Origin: Tubiluchus corallicola
Lineage: Eukaryota > Animalia > Priapulida
Length of the DNA: 64,000 nt
Direction: 5' to 3'
Assembly: GCA_030141605.1 (NCBI GenBank)
Contig: JAQGDQ010000159.1
Span: forward strand, 409,727 to 473,726
Part shown: one piece after another, positions 14,001 through 25,905 of the stretch
Numbering within the stretch: position 1 is the first letter of the stretch
How the letters are laid out: each line of letters opens with the position of its first letter
The notes under the pieces: generated by a model
What the model saw: only the letters and a program-made list of their open reading frames with translations
Database searches by the model: none
Told to the model about the DNA's origin: nothing
Program-made: the position numbers and the translations under genes

Positions 14001-17000
14001 CTATGAATAATGAAAATATTTTCGTTTTATTGTAGAGTCGTGATATGTTTGACTTTTCTTCTTTTTCCATTTATAAAAAAAATCTTGTTTGACCTTCAGA
14101 AATTGTTTTTGCAGAAAGCGACGGTGACGTCGCGCAATTTTGCAAACACTTTAATAAAAAGTTTCTGAACTAGACTCACCAGGATTAGCCCTCAATCCAT
14201 GAAGTGTGGGGCCCACAAAGCTCCGCTCCCTCTATTACTTTTAATATATATCAACGACCTGTTCAATATCCTAACCAATAAAAACATATTTTAGTTTGCA
14301 GACGACGCCACATTTTTTTATTTATACTCTAGAAATAAATTATCACTAATTTCAACTAAACAAAATGCGTTATATTTCTCTCTAAAATAAAAGCTCCCTG
14401 AAGCCCAATCTTAGATCATTTAGTTCATCGACACTCGTTGTATCGCATTATAATATAGTCACATAGGGAGATATGGATCTCATAGTTTTTTAACATAGCA
14501 GCACCAAAATTATAGAATGATCGACCAGTTCACGCAGCACATACGATGACTATTGTTGAAAAATTCAAATCTTTTCTTAAAACTTATCTTTTCAAAAGAA
14601 TTATTTTAATTAATTAAAAATTTAATCTGGACAAAGAAGTGGTTTTGGGGTTGATTTCTAGTGGTTCATATGCATGTACACATTATAATTTTATTACTAT
14701 TATCTACAATTAATAGTCAACAGTGTGGGTACGCAAGCTGGCTTATAGGTAACATTAGCTTACGTTTTTTACATTAATCTGTATCTAATTCATATGTATC
14801 CGTAGGCTAAGTGTTTATTGCTTTTAATTTCGAATTCCTCAATGGGCTATGGGTATATGCAGTGCGGCTCGTAACTAAAATTAGTGGGGGTGCTGAAAAA
14901 TTAAAAAAAAATTTGCCATTGTTTTAATGCTGTGTAAAACGAAACAAACATATGTAATTATGATGTTGATTCCTCATTGGGCTATGGGTATATGCAGTGC
15001 GGCTCGTAACTAAAATTAGTGGGGGTGCTGAAAAATTAAAAAAATTAGTCATTGTTTTAATACTGTGTAAAACGAAACAAGCATATGTAATTATAATGTT
15101 GCAATAGTAATTTTAAACAAACAAACCAGTTTTAACATAACCTTGGTAAACTCCTAAACAAAAAATATTGTTTTTTACGAATATCCTAAAGTGTCGCAGT
15201 TCATGAATTTACCGATACACGGTTTTGAAGCACGTGACAACTGACAACCCTACTGCAGTGAGCGACAGTACTCTTTCTACCTAAAGTACAGCTTCTTATC
15301 TCAGACGTGCGCATCACCGCGTTGCTTCAGCTGTGAAGCAAGTTGTACTTCCCTTACGTGCTCCGGTTCCGCACAAGTATAAAGAAAGAACTAAAGAAAA
15401 AAGATTATTATGAGTATTGAATACTATCGATAATAATGAGTGAAAACAGGAGGTAGTGCAGTGCCACAGTTCCTATACACTGCAGTGAGCGACAGTACTC
15501 TCTACCTAAAGTACAGCTTCTTATCGCAGACGTGCGCATCACCGCGTTGCTTGAGCTGTGAAGCAAGTTGCACTTTCCTCACGTGCTCCGTGAGGAAGCA
15601 TAAAGTATAAAGAAAGAACTAAAGAGAAAAGATTATTATGAGTATTGAATACTATCGATAATAATGAGTGAAAGCATGGGGTGGTGCAGTGCCACAGTAC
15701 CTATACACGAACCGCCACTGTGTACATGTAGACCTGCTTTAAGTTGATTTTATTTGTTAGGATTTATGTATGGAAAACCCATTTGTCCATTATAACGTTA
15801 AGGCATTTTAAATATCTAATAAATTATTATTTGTCAGTAAGACATTAACCTGTACATTGAAAGAAGAAACTGGAAGAGTTCATTAAATAAAATTTTGGTG
15901 ATGTTATTAATCAAATTGTTAATTGGAAAACACATGTGATCAATTCAATCAGTTTAAAAATTGCTAAAATCATGGAATAATTAATACCATTAAAAATAAA
16001 CTACGCAAATCTCATATACAACACTGTATAACTCATTAGTATACCATAACTAACATTCTGATGCTTTATATGGGGTACATCTTATCCATCCAACTCAACT
16101 TATCTAGGCATCAAGGGAAGAACACTAAACGTTAATTCTATATGAGTTAATTACATATCATTTATCTATTTATATGTACAAGACACACCACAGTTTGTTG
16201 CCACTCCTTTACAAATCCAATTAATGCGAGCCCAAGATATCATTTTACAAAATGAATGTCATGTCCTTTATTGTCCTACAAATATTGAAATGCACTTTAT
16301 TAAAGTTGCAGCACCCAACAACAGGAATAAAATAAGCGCCCAATTAAAATACATAAAACTACAGTTTTCACAAATATTTGAAAACAACCTTCCTAAATTT
16401 ATATTTACTGTACAATTTTTGATGCTTCCATGCTTCATTGAAGTAGTAATGGCTGGTTTCCCATTACTTGTACACTATCGAATATGGCTGTATAGTTATT
16501 TAAATCATACTGCAGTTATGTCCACTAACCTTAGCCATTTTTTATTGATTCCATTATTGCGCCTTGACAAGCCACGCTTTGAAGGGGCCATACAACAATT
16601 AATTTATTTGGTTATGGTTGCATCAGTTCATTTTTTTCTTACACTGTTTAGTCTGTTCATCTTGCAGGCTGCGTGAAATGAGATTATTGATAAAATAAAT
16701 TGATTTGATTTGATGATGGTGTTCGTTTACGAAATATGTTTAGTTCTTATTTCAGATAGAAACTGTTTCTTGTTTTTACAGCACCTCTGCAGGCTTATTA
16801 TAACTTCACACACAAAATGCAACCAAAGACAATGCATGTACATATAAAATGGTAGGTGTAGACAAGAATAGTGGCCCAGGAAAGCACGGCCTACTGATTC
16901 CATTACTGTTTCTGTGTGATTTCTAAGTGCAGCGTTTTCCAGAGGCTTTGGTCGAAAAGCAGTAAAGGTATGCTGAATATAAACACAACTAGGTCTAAAA

Positions 17001-19691
17001 TTTATAAAAAGGTCTTCTTTTTCAGGTCCTGTTGCCAGTAAGTTAGCCCGTCGATTTGGCTTCCGTTGTGTAACAATGTTGGGTGGAATTATATCAACTA
17101 CTGGTATTGCGCTCAGCTTTTTTGCTACAAACATTTACCATCTCTACTTTACCTATGGCTTCCTTGTAGGTAAGTGCAAATCTCTACTTTACCTATGGCT
17201 TCTTAGTAGGTAAGTGTCAATCTCTACTTTACCTATATCTTCTTAGTAGACATTTTAAACCTGTATTTGCTTAAAGAAACTTGAGTTGCCGCTACAGTGC
17301 AGAGTAATAAATATTTGTAAAATGCCAAATATGACTGCAACACGAAAAAAAAAACAAGATAGAATCGGTAATGAGAATTAGGAACACCCAATGTATCTCC
17401 AATAAAGTTTTCTCTTGTAGAAAATCTTTATCTACATTTTAGTAGTTCATTATTAGCGATTGAATTGGTCTGCTCTCCTCTTAAATATAACTATTCCTAC
17501 TAACAAATTAGGTTTTCTATTTTAGGACTTGGATTTGGCATAACATACACACCATCGTTGGTCATTGTTGGCCTTTATTTCGATAAGAAGCGTCCTCTGG
17601 CGACAGCTCTTGCATTCACTGGTGGTGGGCTTGGTCCAATGTTTTTTCCTATCTTCATGTCGAGGATGGTGAAGAACTTCGGTTGGGCTGGGTCACTCTT
17701 AATAATCAGTTGCTGCGCCATGCAGATTATTGTGTGTGGTGCTCTGTACCGCCCTCTCCCAAGAGCAGCCCAATTGGAAATGCAGAGACGGGCCAGCCGA
17801 AAAGGCAAGACATTGACCAGGAAAGCCAAGCTGAAGTTACTTCTGCACCTGTTTAACATTATTTGTTGGTCAATGGGTACAACAGTGTATTTTGTGATGA
17901 TAATCGAGTTTGCAAAAACGAAAGCCCTGACACTGGCTGATGCAGCCAAAATGATTTCATTGTTTGGACTTTGCACTACCATTTCCAGAGTTGTTACCGC
18001 TTGTTGTGCCGGTTTCAAGTGGGTAAATAGAATGGTGCTATACAATATAGGAACTATAGGACATGGTGTTATAACTATGTTGTACTTGACTGCGTCTGGG
18101 TGGCTAAGTTTTGCATTGTGGTCAGCGCTCTTTGGTTGGTTTTATGGCGTCAAATTTTGCTTGTTGACTTCAGTGACTACAGACATGTTTGGTATAGAAA
18201 ATCTTCTGATTGTGGCTGGGCTAAATGCTTTCAGTGGCGGGATTGGAGCGCTAAGTGGACCACCTATTGGAGGTAAATCAAGAGTTGGTTTACACTTATG
18301 ATTCTGCTTTCACTATGTTAGTTCCGTCAATACGAGTATTGCCATAATAATTCTTGTGTCTCTCATCTCGTAATTTTTCCAGGTCTCTCGTGTTCCTTAG
18401 ATATTATCGTTATCATCATCATCATTATCATCATAATCGCCGTCGCCATCAGCAGCAGCACCATCACCGTCATCCTCATTAACACTATTCTCTCATCAAC
18501 ATCACAATTTGTTATACAGCTCGTTCCAAACGAGCTCAATGGGTACTCAAGATAAGGGACTAAAGAAGGTGTAGATATGAATAACATAATTTCTAGTGAT
18601 AGAAGGTACCGTACCAGTTGATATTTTTAAATCGACTGACGTTGCAGTTTTAAGGGAAACAATTTTCTGGTAGAGAATTCCAACAGACGAGAAGCAAGAG
18701 GGGAAAACTTCTACAACTAAAAATGTCCAAGGTAAGCCTATGAGAAGCAGCGGCAAAATCTTCCCTAAAAATACCACAAACGAGGCTTTACGTAGCAAAT
18801 GATCTTCGATGAGGAAGGGATTGTTAAGTTGACCCTAAATCGACACAGTCAAATGGCAAAGCTTCTTTACTAGATGTAGTAAAAGAGTTACAAGCACTAT
18901 ACACTACAGGCATCTCACATTTTCCAATGTGTTTAGCTGTTTTTGCAAGATATTTCTGTATCATCGTCATCATCACTATAGCCGTCGTCGTCGTCATCAT
19001 CATCATTGCCATTAGTTTAGTTACTATTATCGTTATCATCATCATAACTGCCGTTGTCATCGTCGTTGTCATTCTCGTCACCATCATCATCGTCGTCGTC
19101 GTCGTCCTCATCATCGGTAAGAAAATGCTACTATCACAGCTTTAAACTGTCTCATCCTAATGTCATCACACCAAATATTTCTTCTATTGCTCATAAATTC
19201 TTTTGAGTCTCATCCATATCCGCTTTTCTTCATGTTCTTTGCTCTCGTCTTTACTGCCACAAATGAGCAAAAAAACCATCGTTTTTACGCATCATACGCT
19301 TTTAACTTTAATTTAAAAACGTGCTGTCATTTAGCAAAAAAAGCTGCAAAGTTTCGAAATAACCAGTTAAAACCTGAACCGATGCCCCCCCCCAAATGAG
19401 AATTTGACACTTAACCTGATTTGTGTTTAACATTTTGCACTAATATGGCGTAGGAAGTCACTCGTGTTATATATTGTTTTAAATTTCAAACCTTGCTATG
19501 CAGGTGCCCTTCTCGATGCGACGCAGAAATTCAAGGTGCCGATGTTGTACTCCGGATTTGTTACTATATTTGGCGCCGTTGCGTACTTCGTTGCAATGTG
19601 GATCAATCGACTACAAAGACAAGAGCGAGAGGAAGAGGAAAAGAGGAACCAGATTGCAAATCAGGATGCTAGAATGTCACTTATTGTGTAA
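11015..19691 (+). CDS. SLC16/monocarboxylate transporter-like MFS protein (449 aa)
   Basis: Exons 11015-11285, 17026-17169, 17526-18272, 19504-19691; all three introns are phase-1 GT-AG; CDS 1350 nt. Motifs DHGWAWMIL (SLC16 DGGWGW), GPVASKLARRFGFR, YFDKKRPLATALAFTGGGLG and GPPIGGALLD. Confidence 0.93.
14200..14605 (+). mobile_element. Decayed CR1/L2-clade LINE fragment
   Basis: Conceptual translation gives LLLIYINDLFNIL...*FADDATF (RT core) and a 3' end ...AAPKL*ND...FKSFLKTYLFK, with stops and deletions. Confidence 0.65.
14860..15720. mobile_element. hAT-like MITE with duplicated left end and internal tandem duplication
   Basis: Left TIR CAGTGCGGCTCGT at 14860 and again at 14995. Right TIR ACGAACCGCCACTG ends at 15720. 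Flanks GGTATATG / TGTACATG match 6 of 8. 135-bp duplication at ~14834-15100 and ~227-bp duplication at 15252-15708. Confidence 0.65.
17141..17249 (+). repeat. 40-bp tandem repeat (about 2.7 copies) spanning the MCT exon 2 donor
   Basis: Unit TCTCTACTTTACCTATGGCTT(C)CTT(A)GTAGGTAAGTG.. starts at 17141, 17181 and 17221. Confidence 0.9.
18404..18480. repeat. (ATC/GTC)n low-complexity tract
   Basis: Imperfect trinucleotide repeat in MCT intron 3. Confidence 0.75.
18960..19115. repeat. (ATC/GTC)n low-complexity tract
   Basis: Imperfect trinucleotide repeat; it generates the spurious Ile/Val-rich and Met/Thr-rich ORFs. Confidence 0.8.
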
Positions 19692-20995
19692 GTCACAAAC
19701 AGCAATTACAAGAAATTAAGGGAAATATAAATGATAAGGAGACGGCTGAAAAAGAGAAACTACATCAGTAACAATTGTCTTTAAACTAATTTTACTGCAA
19801 ATTTAAGTTATAGAATATAATAGAAGTTGGTCTTATTATTTTTCCCTGGATGCAATAAACATGCTTAAAGCAGTGCAGGCTACCAAAAAGAAAATTAGCT
19901 TGGTACTTTCAACTAGTAAAAAGAAGGAAAGTGTCTACAACAGCAATTAACCCTGCACTAAGTGACAAAATTACAATGTTTCAACATTAAAAACTAGAAG
20001 ACATGTAAAACGCTGGCCAGTCTCGCAACATTTAAAATCAAGATTTCAAAATTTGTTTTGTTAAGCTCAGCAAAAAAGAAAACTACACTTAGATTAAAAG
20101 TGGTTAAACTGTAAGAATTAGAAATCATAAAATGCTAATAAGACCCGCACAAAATTTAGAAATTAGGTCAAAATTTTAAACATTTTATCAACTTACTAAG
20201 TGCAGCTGATTTCATGTAAAGCTATATTTTATATTAATAGTGATTAAGAACCAAAAACTAAAAGTATTAAAAATTACTAAGAGGCGCAAAATTAAAACTA
20301 GCTAAATGCAGTGGATGTAGAAACGTAATAATTTAAAAGTACACTCAGTATCACTTTCCTTGCTTTTGCTACAAAATTTTTTAATGTTAATAAATGATGT
20401 AAGTGTTAATGTAAGACTAGACTCTGTCTGACTCCTAAGGCTTCGCTTCTTAATAAACTGCTAATTAAATAGCTATATTAACATTTGGAGATCTTTTTAT
20501 TTTAATGTAGTTTCGCGCCCCCCCCAAAAAAAACTATAATGTCCCGTAATGTAATATTCTTTTATTTTTTCAGAATGGAAAGTATATCTTCTGTGTGAAG
20601 TGAGCTGAATATGGCTTCTCAATGTTTCGCAATGTTTACTATCAGGACCAATATTTGCTGTGTGTTATCGACCCACTGTCTGAATTGTTTCACATAACTA
20701 CAGAAATCCTATACTGGCATGCGAAAATTCGATATTTTTTATTAGGCAAAGACACTCTGTAAATAAAAACACTCGGAAAATTCACTATTTCTGAGAAAGG
20801 ATATTTTATACAATAAATATCGCAACGATTTGTGTACGTGTTGTTATTCCACTTCTGTCTTTATTGTTGAAGTAGAAAGTGCTAACTGCGAACACGGTTT
20901 CGTTACGCTTTTAAGCATCTAAACAGCAAATCAGCAATGAGCAATCACGTCGTATCAAAACGCACAGTGTCATTTTAAGTGTTAATTAATTGTGA

Positions 20996-21111
20996 TTAGC
21001 GCGGTACAACGCACATTGTAAACGGTATGGAACCAAAATATATTCCCAACTTTCTTGTATTTGGTGTTGATCTTCTCATGCTGGAGCTTCCACTGTAAAT
21101 CTTTGCAATAA
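20996..21111 (-). pseudogene. Decayed duplicate of the 3' end of the adjacent cytochrome P450
   Basis: Aligns to 21664-21783. Reads LLQRFTVEAPA* then frameshifts, and ends ...PFTMCVVPR* like the intact gene. Confidence 0.85.
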
Positions 21112-21663
21112 TTACATAAGGCGCTTAATTGCTAGGAATCACGCACATTATTTTATTTTATCTTAACGAACGAAACTTATAAAGAATATACATTCTAACA
21201 TTAATGATACAGTGTACTATATATCAAATATTTCGACGATGAAAAGCATTTTGATACAGAAATTCTTTCTATAAATTTGCTAGTTTCTTTATTATTCACG
21301 AATCCTATAACACACACATACTATATTTTTATACAATTGCGCGTGCTGTCAGCTGTAAATACAAAGGCTAAATTGTTTTATTTCATTATTTTATTTATTT
21401 CAATTTAGTTCATTATCTATTTTGTTTCACTACTAGTGTATTTCCTTATTTGCTTGTGCCTGTTTGTTTACATGACAATTATACATATTTAGTAATGTCT
21501 CAGCTCAGCACAAATATACTTATTTTTTTATTATATAGAAACCAAAATTAATGTCAATGTAGATAATGCCTATATTTCACCTTCTACTGTGCAGCGATGA
21601 ATAACTGGTGTCGAATACTCGAGTCTAGTAGGTCTAATAGGTCTAGTAAGTTGTTAGTTTTTT

Positions 21664-24600
21664 TTAGCGCGGTACAACGCACATTTTAAAGGGCGTGGGA
21701 GCTAAAGTAATTCCCAACTTTCCTGTATTTGGTGTTGAAACGTCTTCTCCATCCGCAGCTTTCAAAGTAAATCTTTGCAATAAGCAAGTTAAAAACAAAA
21801 ATATCTCCATTTTCGCCAGGAGTTCTCCAAGACAAATGCGTGTTCCAGTAGAGAATGGTATAAACGCATCAGGTTTGAAAACTTTTCCATTTCCATCCAA
21901 GAATCGCTCAGGTAGGAATTCTTCGGGATTTTTCCAGTATTTTGAATCGTGACTAACCGCCCATAAATTCGGGATGATCACGGCTCCAGCAGGTATTTTA
22001 TAACCACCAAGTTCGGCATTCTAGAACAAAAAAATCAATTTATAAGTTTTACACGTCAAATATAGACACAGGAAAGTTCAAATTTGACTTAGGTAAGTCA
22101 AATGTAGACATAAGAATTTCAAATGTGTTTTAGTAACTCAAATGTGACTTAGGTAAGTCTAATGTAGACATAGGAATTTCGAATGTGTTTCGGTAACTCA
22201 AATGAGACTTAGGTAAGTCAAATGTAGATGCATTACTTTGAATAAATCGGTAATTAACTCATTTAAGCGCGAATTACAAGAAGATAAACCAAAGATAGTC
22301 ATCACCTCTTTCATAACTTTGAAAAATGCGTTGTTTATCCTCATACGAAATTCTTTGATAAGCCATAACGTCGGCAGGAAAGAATAAATCGGTTCCCACT
22401 TCCCAATGAACAGTGAATCACTAATTAGTTTTTTAAGCACTGCATTAATGAATTAGTTTATCTCAAGAAACATTGTTTATTTTAGGAATGTATTGTTTTC
22501 TCTAACAGTTCCAATGGTATCTAAAGTTTACAGAATATTAATGAACAATTAGTAGACCTATAAAGTTATTATTTTCACAATCTTAAGAGCAATTATAAAA
22601 TTAAGATTAAAGGAGATTAAATTTAACATCCTTAAGCTTTACCACCTATACACATTTGAGATACCAATGTCACATTTGACTTGACATGTGTCTACATTTG
22701 ACTTACCAAAAACGCCTAAGATTTGTTTAAAACCATTATTAACACATTTGAACTATCTAAGTCTACATTTGAATTACCAAGACACATTTGAATTACCTAA
22801 ATCTACATTTGACACGTAAAACCTATAGTAATTGAATAATGCTAGAACTGCATTTCTGCAAGTGTACATTTTTTATAATGTGGTACTTCTCTCGTGAAAC
22901 CGTGCGGACGATTAGTAATACACCACCGTGTCCTCTTCTATGCAATCCCATTGAAGTACAAACTTTAAACATTTTACCTTCTACGACAGAATCACATATG
23001 AAAGATAATTATTTCAATGAAAGATCTGAAATGGCAGAAGTGTCTTAGCCACATTCAAGTGTAGGCCTATGTTATGTATATCTTTCCTTCAAACAGAGAA
23101 GTAACTGGGTTAGCATAGCAGATAATAGCACCATAGCCATTTTAGCGTTCTTCAATGCGATATCAAGACCTGGTGTTGCTTAAACTTCAGCTGTGAAACA
23201 CTGTGATTATTTAGCTAGCTAGCCAGCCACCTACTGATTTTCTTTTTGCCAAAACTAGCAAAAACTGAAACCAGGCACCTTTGTCGTGGCTCTCAGAACA
23301 CCAAGAGGAACAACGGTGCTGCATCTCAATATTTCCATGGTCGTTGCATCTGTGTAGGGAAGGTTACCGCGATCTCTGAGGGAAGGAAACCGGCCACGTC
23401 CCACGACATCGTCAATTTCAGCTTGAACCTGTTAAATATTACATGTTTAAGCAAAAAAGTGTGCAATTTACTACAACTAAGGCATTTTGTTTTAAATAAT
23501 TGGTAGTTTTCAAAGACAACGTGATGTCCAAAGCAGTGTGATTAAGTTATAATTTGAACACAAGACAGAACAAAGAGCAATATTGTCAAGTGATTACTAT
23601 TCGTCTTGCACACGCCAAACGGGACTTCTTGCTGTGTTTAATGCAGTAGGTCGGTATTCAGTATCGTAATATAACAAATTACGTAATACGAATTAGTGCT
23701 TTTCCAGAAGCGTCTTTGAAATAAATGAAGACTAATTATGTACCTTTTGTTGCACGTTAGGGTTAAGAATCAGAACTGTAATGCCAGGATCGTGAAACAT
23801 AAACCANNNNNNNNNNNNNNNNNNNNNNNNNNNNNNNNNNNNNNNNNNNNNNNNNNNNNNNNNNNNNNNNNNNNNNNNNNNNNNNNNNNNNNNNNNNNNN
23901 NNNNNNNNNNNNNNNNNNNNNNNNNNNNNNNNNNNNNNNNNNNNNNNNNNNNNNNNNNNNNNNNNNNNNNNNNNNNNNNNNNNNNNNNNNNNNNNNNNNN
24001 NNNNNNNNNNNNNNNNNNNNNNNNNNNNNNNNNNNNNNNNNNNNNNNNNNNNNNNNNNNNNNNNNNNNNNNNNNNNNNNNNNNNNNNNNNNNNNNNNNNN
24101 NNNNNNNNNNNNNNNNNNNNNNNNNNNNNNNNNNNNNNNNNNNNNNNNNNNNNNNNNNNNNNNNNNNNNNNNNNNNNNNNNNNNNNNNNNNNNNNNNNNN
24201 NNNNNNNNNNNNNNNNNNNNNNNNNNNNNNNNNNNNNNNNNNNNNNNNNNNNNNNNNNNNNNNNNNNNNNNNNNNNNNNNNNNNNNNNNNNNNNNNNNNN
24301 NNNNNNNNNNNNNNNNNNNNNNNNNNNNNNNNNNNNNNNNNNNNNNNNNNNNNNNNNNNNNNNNNNNNNNNNNNNNNNNNNNNNNNNNNNNNNNNNNNNN
24401 NNNNNNNNNNNTATGACAAATAGCATTGCTACAATTGACATAAATCTGCATAACGAACCCGTAACAAAATGTGACACATTTACAACTACTATACTAGGCT
24501 GAGAAACACTAACAGCTTACTTTCGTTTTCAAAAAATCTCATTTAATTTATTAAAATGGCAAAAGTATCAACAAATGCCAATGCTAACAACAGTAGCTAA

Positions 24601-25905
24601 TGCTATGGGCATATCTATTGTTATATTCATCACGTATCAACGTTTAGTACACGATTTAACTTTTTATATACATATGTTAACAATCAATATCACAAATTAT
24701 GTTATTGCAACATATTAAGTTTATAAGAGTCAATACATGGCCAACCTGTTCATCTAGAATGCCAAGGTATTTTTTAAATGTTGAGTCATCATGTGAGTAG
24801 TGCTTCCCAAACACTATGCTACAAATGATTATAGAAATTGACGAAGTCAAATGTTCTTTTATATCATATCCATTTTGATTATCTTCGTTTTCCATAATAT
24901 CAAGAAGAACTTTGACCTGAAACAAAATCATTTCATTAAATCAAGGCACACACCAATGCCATATGAATTTGATCATAATCATAAGATTTAAAGCCTGCAA
25001 GAAACTTAATCCTCCAACTTGGTGAGTGACCAGAAAAGCTATATATTGGTCTAGCATAGTTAAAGAGGACATTATAACTTAGCTGCTACCTCCTCCATTA
25101 TTTTTCCTTCTAAAGAATAGCGTCCCATTCCAAAATCTCTTAAACAACTGAGAGTGAATCGACGATGTTCCTTCCAGCTTGGACCTTGGGCAAACAATAC
25201 ACCTGCAAAAAATAAACAAGAAAAAGCCAAATTAAATTAAAGCTTCAGGAAAATTGGTCATTGTATCTTGCCGGCTATAATGAAATCGATAATTGTACCT
25301 TACTAGCTTTACTTGACATTGATTATTACGGCTAATCTATTTGAAATTAGACATTCAAAACACGTATTTTTGACATCAACACATATTATAAATGCTGTTA
25401 CCTTTTTTAGTTTTGTTTGCTTTATTCTTGAATTTATCGCTGCATTTTTGTCTGATTTTGACCACATAACCGCAACAAAAGTAATTACTATTTAAATTCA
25501 CAGTCTGCATCCATATCCTTCCATTTCTGACAGAACTACTCCATATAGCTTAGGCTTACCTTTCGTTAGTTTATCCGCATAAATGTCAGTCATTGGGAGA
25601 TGAGGTCTACCAGAAAATTCTTCTTTGGCAAATGCCTCCTTGATTAACTTTAAATCGTGCAAAATTAGACAAAGTTGACTTCCCATCTGCAAGTGGTAGA
25701 TACCACCGTACAATTTTGTCCATTCTCTCAGCTGAGTGTGCGTTTCTGCGACATTGATCCAAGGCAGAGAACCGAGTATTGGAATCCTGCAGAATGTTGG
25801 TCCCGGTGGTAAACCACGCGGAAGTCCAAACAACAGATTGTAAAAATATAAAATAACGAAAAACCCAACCACAAATATAATCCAGGTTGCAACTGATGCG
25901 TCCAT
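21664..25905 (-). CDS. Cytochrome P450, CYP2-clan-like (incomplete across assembly gap)
   Basis: Exons 25905-25560, 25202-25090, 24916-24746, [gap], 23775-23744, 23428-23279, 22020-21664. Kozak ACCACCATGG, N-terminal TM anchor plus PPGP, WKEHRRF, EILR (ExxR), PERF and heme loop [10 protein letters not shown]. About 110 aa including the I-helix are missing, probably in the gap. Confidence 0.92.
22041..22827. mobile_element. Foldback-like element with modular inverted repeats in the last CYP intron
   Basis: Left arm ~22041-22229 is an array of ~20-bp CAAATGT(A/G)GAC.. units. Right arm ~22650-22827 holds the reverse-complement units (GTCTACATTTGA..). Outer ends TATAAGTTTTACACGTCAAAT / ATTTGACACGTAAAACCTATA. 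Confidence 0.75.
23807..24411. other. Assembly gap (605 N)
   Basis: Run of N inside the CYP gene. Confidence 0.99.

Noticed and set aside
16224-16676. 150-aa ORF in MCT intron 1
   Set aside because: AT-rich, no recognisable domain, and not needed for the MCT reading frame.
17575-18045. Antisense ORFs over MCT exons (also over CYP, CTU2 and GPCR exons)
   Set aside because: Shadow ORFs of real coding exons with no independent features.
18824-19145. Met/Thr-rich and Ile/Val-rich ORFs resembling TM peptides
   Set aside because: Translations of an (ATC/GTC)n microsatellite.
23732-24502. Long ORFs of 218-254 aa
   Set aside because: Artefacts of translating through the N gap.
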